DNA of 46,154 nt from NCBI GenBank assembly GCA_015063525.1, contig SVTZ01000003.1, positions 1-46,154 on the forward strand, written 5' to 3'. Shown one piece after another: positions 37,963 through 46,154 of this stretch. Numbering within the stretch: position 1 is the first letter of the stretch; each line of letters starts with the position of its first letter. Source of the stretch: Oscillospiraceae bacterium (lineage in GTDB: Bacteria > Bacillota > Clostridia > Oscillospirales > CAG-272). A model generated the notes under the pieces. That model searched no databases and had not been told where the DNA came from. It saw nothing but the letters and a program-made list of their open reading frames with translations. The translations under genes and the position numbers were made by a program.

Positions 37963-38841
37963 ATGAAAAAAATTATCTCACTTATTCTTGCACTTACAAT
38001 GCTCCTCGGCGCGACCTTCGCGCTCTCTTCCTGCAATCTTTTCGGCAGTGGGGACACCGGTAATGACGCTCTTGTGAAGGTCGTTGACGTTAAGCTTACT
38101 GACGAGCAGTATGCTTTTGTTGCAAAGAAGGATAACACCGCGCTTGTAAACGACTTCAACGCTTTCCTTGCAACTATTAAGGAAAACGGCACCTTCGACG
38201 CTCTCGTTGCGAAGTATTTTGAGGGCAAGGGAGAGAAGGTTGGCTATGACGTAACTACTACCGACGTTCAGAACAGTGATTCTAACCTTATCGTAGTAAC
38301 TAACTGCCCCTTCGAGCCTTTTGAGTACATAGGCGATGATGGCAAGATCTACGGTCTTGATATAGAAATCGCGGCAGCTTATGCTGAGTACAAGGATCTT
38401 GAACTCGTAATCAAGAACATTGGCTTTGACGATATCTTTACTCAGGTTGATGCAGGCTATGCGGATATTGGTATGGCAGGTATCACCGTAAGCGAGGATC
38501 GTGTAGCTCTTTACGACTTCACCACCACTTATTTCAATGCTTCTCAGAAGCTTATCGTTGCAGCAGACAATACCGATTTTGACAACTGCAAGACACTCGA
38601 GGACGTTGAGGCCGTTATCTCTGCCCTTGAAGGCAAAAAGATCGGCTATCAGACAGGTACGACCGGTGGTATGTATATCAACGGTGACGAGGACTGGGGA
38701 TACGTTGGCTTTGCAAACATTGAGGGCAAGGGCTATACAAGTGCTCAGGAAGCGGTTACCGATCTTGTCAACGGCAATATCTATGCTGTTGTTGTCGACG
38801 AGGCACCTGCTAATGCTATCGTTGCAGCGGTTAATAAATAA
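37963..38841 (+). CDS. Polar amino-acid ABC substrate-binding lipoprotein (family 3), apparently circularly permuted
   Basis: LSSC lipobox; PFEPFEY, GLDIEI, AGITVSEDR, GTTG, VVVDEAPA. The usual C-terminal segment is at the N-terminus. Confidence 0.9.
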   Translation: MKKIISLILALTMLLGATFALSSCNLFGSGDTGNDALVKVVDVKLTDEQYAFVAKKDNTALVNDFNAFLATIKENGTFDALVAKYFEGKGEKVGYDVTTTDVQNSDSNLIVVTNCPFEPFEYIGDDGKIYGLDIEIAAAYAEYKDLELVIKNIGFDDIFTQVDAGYADIGMAGITVSEDRVALYDFTTTYFNASQKLIVAADNTDFDNCKTLEDVEAVISALEGKKIGYQTGTTGGMYINGDEDWGYVGFANIEGKGYTSAQEAVTDLVNGNIYAVVVDEAPANAIVAAVNK

Positions 38842-38859
38842 TTAATCTACAAAACAAAT

Positions 38860-38894
38860 TAAAAGCCCCGCAGCTTCTGTTGCGGGAGCTTTTT
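38860..38894 (+). terminator. Intercistronic hairpin after the substrate-binding gene
   Basis: AAAAGCCCCGCAGC...GTTGCGGGAGCTTTT. Confidence 0.55.
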
Positions 38895-38920
38895 CGCGAA
38901 TAAGTTCAGAAAGGATAAAT

Positions 38921-39661
38921 ATGAACTGGAGTGTAAAATGGGAAAAATTCCTTTCCACAATGGAAAGCGAATACTTTAGACAGCTTCTTGTTGATGGTCT
39001 TGCCAATACTGTTAGCGTGGCGGTGCTCGGATTGCTGATAGGTATAGTTATAGGTAGCGTTATAGCCGTCGTTAAGGTGGCACCCAAATATAACTTGATA
39101 AACAGAATTCTCGATAAGATATGCAACGTATACGTTGCCATTTTTCGCGGAACTCCGATAGTGGTTCAGCTCTCGCTTGCGTACTACGTTCTTCTGCCCA
39201 GCCTTGGTGTAAAGGACGTTGACTCTCTGATCGTCGGTATAATTGTTTTCGGTATGAACAGCGGTGCTTACGTTTCGGAGATTATGCGCGGCGGTCTTAA
39301 CTCTGTTGACTCCGGACAGATGGAGGCGGGACGTGCGGTCGGCTTAAGTTATAGCACTACGATGATCAAAATAGTAATCCCGCAGGCGGTGAAAAATATC
39401 CTGCCCACACTCGGAAACGAGTTTATTACTCTTATCAAGGAAACCTCGGTGCTTAGCTTTATAACCGTTTATGACCTGTATACCGCGCTTATTGATACTA
39501 TAGGCGCTAAAAATTATGAAAAAATGGTGCCTTACCTGGTGCTTGCTATGATTTATATCGTTCTCGTTCTTCTTATCACTCTTCTTGTAAAGGTGTTAGA
39601 GAACATTTTTGCAAAGAGCGATAAAAAAAGAACGCAACCGAGAAAGGCAAAGGCGGTGTAA
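38921..39661 (+). CDS. Polar amino-acid ABC permease (HisM/GlnP type)
   Basis: FRGTPIVVQL, SGAYVSEIMRGG, GQMEAG, NEFITLIKETS. Confidence 0.95.
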   Translation: MNWSVKWEKFLSTMESEYFRQLLVDGLANTVSVAVLGLLIGIVIGSVIAVVKVAPKYNLINRILDKICNVYVAIFRGTPIVVQLSLAYYVLLPSLGVKDVDSLIVGIIVFGMNSGAYVSEIMRGGLNSVDSGQMEAGRAVGLSYSTTMIKIVIPQAVKNILPTLGNEFITLIKETSVLSFITVYDLYTALIDTIGAKNYEKMVPYLVLAMIYIVLVLLITLLVKVLENIFAKSDKKRTQPRKAKAV

Positions 39662-39664
39662 ATA

Positions 39665-40486
39665 ATGGTAGAAAAGAATGTAATTATTAAGGTAGAGGGG
39701 CTTGAAAAGACCTTTGAGGATGGAAAAACCGTGTTAAACGGTATTGATCTTGTGGTCAATCAGGGTGAGAAGGTGGTTATCCTCGGTGCATCCGGATCGG
39801 GCAAATCAACCTTGCTAAGATGCCTTAATTGTATGGAGGATCCTACGGGCGGATCTATATTCTTTGATGGCGTTGACCTTGCCGATATGAGCGTTGATAT
39901 TAACGTTCGCCGTGAGCATATCGGTATGGTTTTCCAGCAGTTCAACCTCTTTAACAACAAGACCGTAATTGAAAATATTATGCTTGCGCCTGTGCACATC
40001 GCTTTCAGAAATATGCGCAAGGAGAAGATAAAGCGTTTCTTCGACAAGATCGATGAAAACGCCGAGCCTCTTAAGAGCAAAAAGGAAATAATTGCTGAGA
40101 AGAAGGCTCACGCTATGGAGCTTCTTCGTCGCATAGGTCTTGAGGAGAAGGCAAACGTTTATCCCTCAACTCTTTCAGGCGGACAGAAGCAGAGAATTGC
40201 TATTGTTCGTGCCCTTGCAATGAATCCTGACGTTATGCTCTTTGACGAGCCTACGTCGGCGCTCGACCCTGAGATGGTAGGCGAGGTACTCGACCTTATG
40301 AAGCAGCTTGCCGCCGAGGGAATGACTATGGTAATCGTAACTCACGAGATGGGATTTGCCCGCGAGGTGGCAGACAAGATCATCTTTATCGACGAGGGCA
40401 AAATCAAGGAGGAGGGAACTCCCGGTGAGGTCTTTGGCAACCCCAAAGATGCAAGACTTAAGGATTTTCTCTCGAAGGTACTTTAA
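39665..40486 (+). CDS. Polar amino-acid ABC ATPase (GlnQ type)
   Basis: [43 protein letters not shown]. Confidence 0.95.
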   Translation: MVEKNVIIKVEGLEKTFEDGKTVLNGIDLVVNQGEKVVILGASGSGKSTLLRCLNCMEDPTGGSIFFDGVDLADMSVDINVRREHIGMVFQQFNLFNNKTVIENIMLAPVHIAFRNMRKEKIKRFFDKIDENAEPLKSKKEIIAEKKAHAMELLRRIGLEEKANVYPSTLSGGQKQRIAIVRALAMNPDVMLFDEPTSALDPEMVGEVLDLMKQLAAEGMTMVIVTHEMGFAREVADKIIFIDEGKIKEEGTPGEVFGNPKDARLKDFLSKVL

Positions 40487-40488
40487 TA

Positions 40489-40521
40489 AAATTCTCCGCA
40501 CCCGAAAGAGTGCGGAGTTTT
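40489..40521. terminator. Bidirectional terminator
   Basis: CTCCGCAC-ccgaaaga-GTGCGGAG followed by TTTT. Confidence 0.65.
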
Positions 40522-40522
40522 C

Positions 40523-42199
40523 TTATATTCTTGCTTTAATCATAGAGTTGATTCGTTCTCTGACGCGAAGCATCTCGTCAGCCGAGTGGGCGCATCTATC
40601 AAAGGTTAGCTCACAGCCAAGCTCTTCCTCAATTGCCGCCACTACCTCTTCCTTTGAGTAAAGGCTCTCGCACAGGCGCATAGCGCTAATATCCTCTATA
40701 GCGTCGTGAAATACCATTGTGCGCAGCGACTCAAGCGCTGAGCCGTCACGTGCGGGGTAGACCGAGAAAGCGTCACCTGCCGAAACCCAGGCATCACCGC
40801 CCTGCTCAACGTAAGGATTGATGCAGTCTACCGAGTGCTCATTTTTGTAGAAATTGAAGCCCCAGTGTAGGAAACCGACGATGTCGTACTTATACATCTG
40901 CATACCTATGGAGCGATTTCTCCAAGACGGCATAGCGATAAAGCGGTTTGAAACCTTAACTCTCTGCCCACCGCAGTAGTAGGCCCAAAGTCCCTTGACA
41001 CCTCCGTCGATAAAGCTCTGGATGTGATCGCTTGCAGGGATAGGCGTCTTAACCACACCCTTTTTATAAAACTCGTAGCTCGAAAGCGCGTCCATAATAA
41101 CGTAATTTTTGAGCAGTCCCTCAACTATTTTCTTTGACCTTTTGTAGTCCTCGAGTTGCTCCTTGCTCGGCTCGTCGGACACGTGGAAGTAGCAACGGTG
41201 GTCGTCTCCACGCTTTTTCATATAATTAAGGAAGGATTTGATAAAGGAGTGGAGGAATTTCTTGTACTCCTCGCCGTGCGCGTCGGTATCCCAGCCGAAA
41301 ATTCGCTTGTACTCGCCGTCAACTGTTGCCATAATCTTCGGCGCGTGCGTAGCACCCCACTGCGTGAAGAAGTGTGAAATTTCAAAATACTTGATTCCCA
41401 CTCTGTCGCACATAGCTATCCATCTGTCAAGCAATTTATAATCAAAGGTATAGCGTCTGCCCGTCTTCTTAACCCCGACGAGCTGCGTCGTGAGTCTCTC
41501 TCCGCCGATTTTCGTATCAAGGGGTGGCGTGAAAACGGGGGTTAATAGCATATTTATGCCCGTCTTTTTTGCGGTGCGAGCGAAATTCTCAATAATCTCC
41601 CAGTGCCTATCTGACCACACGGGAACGTTATAGTATTCAGCTAGGCAGTCGCAGTATAGCCACTGTGTGAAAATAAGCCTCTGCTCGGGTAGGCTCGCGT
41701 CGATTACCTCAATGTTTACCGAGTCGCTGGCAAGAGCCTTTCCGCTTTCCTCTTCGTAAAGGGTTATGTCGAGGCTGTTTGTTCCGCACTTTGCATCAGC
41801 GGGCACCGAAATCTCTAGCCACACGCTGGTCGGAACGTTTTCCGTAGCAGGATTTCCAATAACTATTTTACCGCCGTAACGTAGTGGCTCGAGCAGGTCG
41901 GGATAGAGCCCCGGCGTGGTACGCAGATACTGCTCGTCATGGAAGAATTTTTCGGCAGGATAGGATACGGGAATGTCGCTGACCTTGTATAGCGTCACGT
42001 ATTCCGAAAGTGTGCCCGAGATTTTAGGCGTAAGTCTGCGTCTTTTTGGCTCGTCATACTTGTTTTCATATGCCACGAGCAGCTGCATACGTATGAGCTC
42101 GCCCTTAAGTGCCGATATGTAGGAGAGCCTGTCAAAGTCCTCTATTCTCTGGTCAGAGAACACCTTTTCTAAAGAAGAAATTATTTTGGTTTTTAACAT
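40523..42199 (-). CDS. DUF4091/GH123-like glycoside hydrolase
   Basis: HFFTQWG, HVSDEP, WAYYC, GFLHWGFN, GDAFSVYP, ESLR; no signal peptide. Confidence 0.7.
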   Translation of the reverse strand: MLKTKIISSLEKVFSDQRIEDFDRLSYISALKGELIRMQLLVAYENKYDEPKRRRLTPKISGTLSEYVTLYKVSDIPVSYPAEKFFHDEQYLRTTPGLYPDLLEPLRYGGKIVIGNPATENVPTSVWLEISVPADAKCGTNSLDITLYEEESGKALASDSVNIEVIDASLPEQRLIFTQWLYCDCLAEYYNVPVWSDRHWEIIENFARTAKKTGINMLLTPVFTPPLDTKIGGERLTTQLVGVKKTGRRYTFDYKLLDRWIAMCDRVGIKYFEISHFFTQWGATHAPKIMATVDGEYKRIFGWDTDAHGEEYKKFLHSFIKSFLNYMKKRGDDHRCYFHVSDEPSKEQLEDYKRSKKIVEGLLKNYVIMDALSSYEFYKKGVVKTPIPASDHIQSFIDGGVKGLWAYYCGGQRVKVSNRFIAMPSWRNRSIGMQMYKYDIVGFLHWGFNFYKNEHSVDCINPYVEQGGDAWVSAGDAFSVYPARDGSALESLRTMVFHDAIEDISAMRLCESLYSKEEVVAAIEEELGCELTFDRCAHSADEMLRVRERINSMIKARI

Positions 42200-42251
42200 A
42201 AAACAATTACCTATAAAAAATATCCGAATATTGCTACGTATAGTTTAGATT

Positions 42252-43193
42252 TTAGTCATTTTGCTCTTTCTTGAGAATTTCAAGCGCACGCTTGAACTCG
42301 CTTGGAAGCTCGCACTCAAAGCTCATTCGCTCTCCCGTTTTTGGGTGAGTTAGCGTCAGCTTTTTTGCGTGGAGAGCCTGTCCCTTAAAGAGCGCAGGAT
42401 GCTTTTTCTCAAACAGAGTTTTGTTCTTCGCATATACCTCGTCACCGAGAAGCGGATGGCCGATGTACGACATATGAACTCTTATCTGATGCGTCCTTCC
42501 GGTCTCAAGCTTTAGGGCAAGGTAGGAGACGGCACCGAATCTTTCAAGAACCTCATAGTGAGTAACCGCCTCGCGGGCGGTGTGGTCGCCGTTTAATAAA
42601 ACTGCCTGCTTTTTACGGTCGATGGGATGGCGGCCGATAGGATAATTCACTGTTCCCAGGTCCTCCTTAAAGCCGCCGACCACAAGTGCGCGGTATTCAC
42701 GCTCAATTCCGTGGTACTTAAGCTCCTCTGAGAGGGCTGTGTGGGCCTCGTCGTTCTTCGCTACGACAAGAAGACCGGAGGTGTCCTTATCAATTCTGTG
42801 AACAATTCCCGGGCGCATAACACCGCCTATGCCCGAAAGCGAGTCGCGGCAGTGGTAGAGTAGGGCATTTACAAGCGTTCCGGAATAATTTCCGGGCGCA
42901 GGATGTACTACCATACCTTTAGGCTTGTTGATAACGATTATGTATTCGTCCTCATATACGACGTCGAGTGGAATGTTTTCGGGCAGGGCCTCGCATTCTT
43001 TGCTTTCAGGCAGAATAATCTCAATTTCATCGCCGGATTTTACGGCGTATTTTTTCGGCTGTTTCTTGCCGCAAACGGTAATCGAGCCTTCCTCGATAAG
43101 CCTTGCCGCTGCTGATCTCGTAATTCCCGCGGAATCTGCCGCAAATGCGTCAAGCCGCTTGCCTATATCGGCTTCGCCTACTGTGTATATCAT
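42252..43193 (-). CDS. rluD: RluA/RluD family 23S rRNA pseudouridine synthase
   Basis: S4 domain, NKPKGMVVHP, HRIDKDTSG, GRTHQIRVH. Confidence 0.93.
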   Translation of the reverse strand: MIYTVGEADIGKRLDAFAADSAGITRSAAARLIEEGSITVCGKKQPKKYAVKSGDEIEIILPESKECEALPENIPLDVVYEDEYIIVINKPKGMVVHPAPGNYSGTLVNALLYHCRDSLSGIGGVMRPGIVHRIDKDTSGLLVVAKNDEAHTALSEELKYHGIEREYRALVVGGFKEDLGTVNYPIGRHPIDRKKQAVLLNGDHTAREAVTHYEVLERFGAVSYLALKLETGRTHQIRVHMSYIGHPLLGDEVYAKNKTLFEKKHPALFKGQALHAKKLTLTHPKTGERMSFECELPSEFKRALEILKKEQND

Positions 43194-43777
43194 TCCGCCT
43201 TTTCGTCCTTTTCGCCTTCGACGGTCTTCTTTTTTTTCTCGGCCTTGTATTCCTTAATAATGTCAAGTATAAGCGCGAGTATTAGCAGCCCTGCACCGAC
43301 ACAAACGAAGGAGTCCGCGCCGTTAAATATTGCATTCCAGATTCCGCAGAAGTCGATAAAGTCGATAACCTCTCCCATACCGTCGGGATTAACGTAAAAG
43401 CCGAGACCGAAGCGGTCGATCATATTTCCGATACCGCCCGAAACGACCATAGAAAGCGCTACACCGTAAAGCATATTGTCGGCGTGACCGAGATAGAGAT
43501 ACGCCGCAAAAGCGAGTATTGCAACTGTGGAAACGGATAAAAAGATCCAACGCTGGTCGCTGCCGTCCATCATTCCAAAGGCGGCTCCGTCATTGGTGGT
43601 ATAAGTGAGGTGAAGAAAATCCTTGATCAGGGGAATGGACTGATTAAGTGTCATATATTTTGTGACGAGGAACTTCGTCAATTGGTCGAGTATAATGCCG
43701 ACCATAATTATCACCGAATAGATAACATATTCCTTCGGCGTTTTTTTCTTGAATAAAGTCATTTCTTGTTTCTCCAA
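43190..43777 (-). CDS. lspA: Lipoprotein signal peptidase II
   Basis: DQLTK, NDGAAFG, GGIGNMIDR, VIDFI, FNGAD. Confidence 0.94.
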   Translation of the reverse strand: MEKQEMTLFKKKTPKEYVIYSVIIMVGIILDQLTKFLVTKYMTLNQSIPLIKDFLHLTYTTNDGAAFGMMDGSDQRWIFLSVSTVAILAFAAYLYLGHADNMLYGVALSMVVSGGIGNMIDRFGLGFYVNPDGMGEVIDFIDFCGIWNAIFNGADSFVCVGAGLLILALILDIIKEYKAEKKKKTVEGEKDEKAE

Positions 43778-43778
43778 A

Positions 43779-44054
43779 TCAGATTGCAGGAAGCAATGCC
43801 CCGAGCAACAAAATTATAATGTATGTGATTGAGAATGCCCAGTCAATGGGCGAATCCTGCCCTATATTAAGCCTGATCATTATCCCTCTTACGGGAGCGA
43901 TAAAGGGCTCGGTCAGATAGCATGCTATTCCGTAGGCACGGCTTTCCATCGGGTCAACGAAAAAGGGAAGCAGAGCCCGCGCAAGCATTGCAAAGGTGAC
44001 CACATCCAAAACGATAGACACGGTCTTGGCTAAGATGAAAAATAATTCTTCCAC
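43779..44054 (-). CDS. YggT/YlmG family membrane protein
   Basis: LTEPFIAPVR and PIDW motifs, downstream of sepF. Start at GTG 44054. Confidence 0.85.
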   Translation of the reverse strand: MEELFFILAKTVSIVLDVVTFAMLARALLPFFVDPMESRAYGIACYLTEPFIAPVRGIMIRLNIGQDSPIDWAFSITYIIILLLGALLPAI

Positions 44055-44067
44055 ATTTATATCCTTT

Positions 44068-44110
44068 TTTAAAAAAGATAGGCTGTCGCAAATACGCATT
44101 TGCGACAGCC
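44068..44110 (-). terminator. Terminator between sepF and yggT
   Basis: Perfect 13-bp stem GGCTGTCGCAAAT/ATTTGCGACAGCC followed by TATCTTTTTT. Confidence 0.65.
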
Positions 44111-44227
44111 CTTTGAGGCATATCGACCTTACGTGTCTTGCCTAAAGGCATTAGCCTCGTTGATGGTTTTTGTTAGACGGCGTATGTAAAAATACATAGC
44201 GTTTCTTTAATAACTGACGAACGAAAA

Positions 44228-44638
44228 TCAGTTGTCGTCGGATACGTCTACGTTATGGGGAGTGATAATGTAAGTATTGGTAGATACGTTCTTGATCTCT
44301 CCGTCGTTTGAGTAGGTAACTCCGTTGAGGAAATCGAGCATACGTACGGTCTGTACGCCGTCAAGAAGCTCAAGGTTAAGCACTACGGTACAGCCATCGA
44401 TAAGATAATCGGCTATCTCGCTTACCTCCTCAAAGGATGTGGGGCGAACAACCTTAAGCTCAATGTTGCTGTCAGCATCGCCTGTGTTTGCTACTATGGG
44501 AGTAGCGGGTCTTCTGATCTCTTCATGTCTTTCGATGTTCATAGGTGTAACCTCCTCATATGCGGGGAATGACGGAATATCGGTGTCCTCGTCAGCGCCA
44601 ACCCCTTTTCTTAATTTTTTAATGAAATCCTCAAACAT
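44228..44638 (-). CDS. sepF: Cell division protein SepF
   Basis: PTSFEE, VVLNLE, RMLDFLNG, YIITP. Confidence 0.92.
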   Translation of the reverse strand: MFEDFIKKLRKGVGADEDTDIPSFPAYEEVTPMNIERHEEIRRPATPIVANTGDADSNIELKVVRPTSFEEVSEIADYLIDGCTVVLNLELLDGVQTVRMLDFLNGVTYSNDGEIKNVSTNTYIITPHNVDVSDDN

Positions 44639-44661
44639 TTGCGGTTTCCTTTCTTTTTTTG

Positions 44662-45345
44662 TTATCTATTAAAAAGCTTCCGTCCGACCCTGACCAGCGT
44701 TGCACCCTCCTCGATGGCGACTGCATAACTGTCGCTCATACCCATAGAGAGGATGCCGCCCTCAAAGCCGTGGTTTCTGTTTAATCTATCGAAAAGCTCC
44801 TTCGTTTCCCTAAAGTAAGGGCGCATTTCTTCAGCGTTCTCGCAGACCGGTCCCATGGTCATAAGGCCTGCTACCTGTATAGCCGAAAAATGCTTTAGCT
44901 CAAGCAGGAAATCCTCTGCCTCCTCGGGCAGAATTCCGCCCTTCTGCTCCTCTCTTGCCGAGTTGATCTCGATAAGCACGGGGACGGTTCTGCCGACCTT
45001 TTTCGCCTGTTTATCAATTTCGGCCGCAAGAGCAAGGCTGTCAAGCGAATGTATGAGCGATACGCTTTCAATTATAAGCTTGACCTTGTTTCTCTGAAGG
45101 TTGCCAATCTCGTGCAATTTTGGGGTAAAACCCCTGTCGCTTAGCAGATCACCGCGACGTCTGAGTTCACCCGGACGGTTCTCGCCAATATCACCTATTC
45201 CGGCCTCGGCAAGGGCTAAAAGCTCCTCGTCACTTCCGCTTTTCGTAACCGCAACAAGGGTTATATCTCTGCCTACTTTACTTGAAAGCTCTTTTATCTC
45301 ACGGACGAGGCCGTCATAATTGCTTTTGACGTACTCAAAGCTCAT
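44662..45345 (-). CDS. yggS: PLP homeostasis protein YggS/YlmE
   Basis: VAVTK, IGENR, IGNLQRNK, GLMTM, LSMGMS, GATLVRVG. Start at ATG 45345. Confidence 0.93.
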   Translation of the reverse strand: MSFEYVKSNYDGLVREIKELSSKVGRDITLVAVTKSGSDEELLALAEAGIGDIGENRPGELRRRGDLLSDRGFTPKLHEIGNLQRNKVKLIIESVSLIHSLDSLALAAEIDKQAKKVGRTVPVLIEINSAREEQKGGILPEEAEDFLLELKHFSAIQVAGLMTMGPVCENAEEMRPYFRETKELFDRLNRNHGFEGGILSMGMSDSYAVAIEEGATLVRVGRKLFNR

Positions 45346-45585
45346 TTTTTGCCGCCTCCGTATGGGATTTTTAAAATTTGCGCGAAAATTGCACATTAAT
45401 ATATTTTATTATAACATAAAGGTTTTCCATTTGCAAGAGCAATCTTTAATTTTTTTAAGAAAAATATTATATTTATAGGCTATTGATTTTATGTAAATTT
45501 TGTGATACAATGTATTTGTGAAAAAATGACTCTTCGCTAAATTTTGAAAATAAAAGCGGGCAGAAGAGAAAAAAGGAGACGGCAA

Positions 45586-45972
45586 ATGCACGACGGACTT
45601 ATCGGAGCAGCCCTGCCAAGCGTGGCGGCTCTTGCATATCTTGGCGATGCGCGCCACGCGCTTTTTGTCAGACGTATGCTTATAGAAAAGGGAATATGTA
45701 AATCCGGTGAGCTGAACGAGGCGGCGCTGTCCTTCGTCACTGCTGAGGCGCAGGCAAGGATGATGCGTAGGATTGAGCATCTTTTGCTTGACGATGAGCG
45801 CGACGTTTATAAGCGCGCGGCAAATTCGGGCCACCTTAACAGACCGAGGCACGCCTCTGCCGCAGATTACCGCGCCGCAACCGGATTTGAGGCGGTTATC
45901 GGTATGCTTGAATGGGTCGGCGATGAGGAGAGACTTGAGATGCTTCTCCACACCGCGCACGAAGAAGGGTGA
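45586..45972 (+). CDS. mrnC: Mini-ribonuclease III
   Basis: LAYLGDA, VTAEAQA, YRAATGFEAVIG; AAGGAG RBS before ATG 45586. Confidence 0.88.
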   Translation: MHDGLIGAALPSVAALAYLGDARHALFVRRMLIEKGICKSGELNEAALSFVTAEAQARMMRRIEHLLLDDERDVYKRAANSGHLNRPRHASAADYRAATGFEAVIGMLEWVGDEERLEMLLHTAHEEG

Positions 45973-45976
45973 CGTT

Positions 45977-46000
45977 GTAGGGGCGAGCATAGCTCGTCCG
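45977..46000 (+). repeat. GTAG-type REP-like palindrome, copy 2
   Basis: GTAGGGGCGAGCATAGCTCGTCCG. Confidence 0.75.
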
Positions 46001-46058
46001 TGATATGTTGCCTTGCGGCAACGTGAGGAATGATAATAAATTTTAGGAGATAAATAAA

Positions 46059-46154
46059 ATGATTCAGAAGATTAAAGGAACGATGGATATTCTTCCGGAG
46101 GAGACTCCCCTCTGGAGACATATAGAAAAGGTTATGCGCGAGGAGGCCGAGAAG
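46059..46154 (+). CDS. hisS: Histidine--tRNA ligase N-terminus (truncated by the window end)
   Basis: MIQKIKGTMDILPEETPLWRHIEKVMREEAEK after an AGGAG RBS. Only 32 codons are visible. Confidence 0.75.
   Translation, partial: MIQKIKGTMDILPEETPLWRHIEKVMREEAEK

Noticed and set aside
45409-45990. 193-aa minus-strand ORF
   Set aside because: Antisense to mrnC and runs into AT-rich promoter DNA.
1-46154. CRISPR array, prophage, IS element, tRNA or rRNA genes
   Set aside because: No regularly spaced repeats, integrase/transposase/phage motifs or tRNA/rRNA signatures were seen by eye.

Overview
Core-chromosome segment of a Clostridia (Bacillota) bacterium, probably a gut or rumen anaerobe (inferred from gene content and sigma-A promoters). 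It is mostly housekeeping: rpmH-rnpA-yidD-yidC-jag-mnmE, hpt-mtaB-glyQS-luxS-mtnN, eno, folT-folC under a THF riboswitch, gap, greA-lysS, ribF-prmA-rsmE, yggS-sepF-yggT-lspA-rluD, mrnC and the start of hisS. I found no integrase, transposase, CRISPR array, tRNA or rRNA. The main points of interest are six. (1) An amino-acid ABC substrate-binding lipoprotein appears naturally circularly permuted and sits behind ArgR-like boxes. (2) A T-box with an apparent Phe (UUC) specifier controls an acyl-CoA ligase/IorAB/PaaK/ACT operon, suggesting phenylalanine synthesis from phenylacetate. (3) A synonymously recoded second copy of the lysS 3' end lies 150 bp downstream, separated by a structured spacer and followed by a gene with one amber stop. 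(4) A small AT-rich XRE/DUF6809-like module carries three copies of one palindrome. (5) There are two GTAG-type REP-like palindromes. (6) rpmH is not paired with dnaA/oriC. All family calls come from motif recognition, not database searches.
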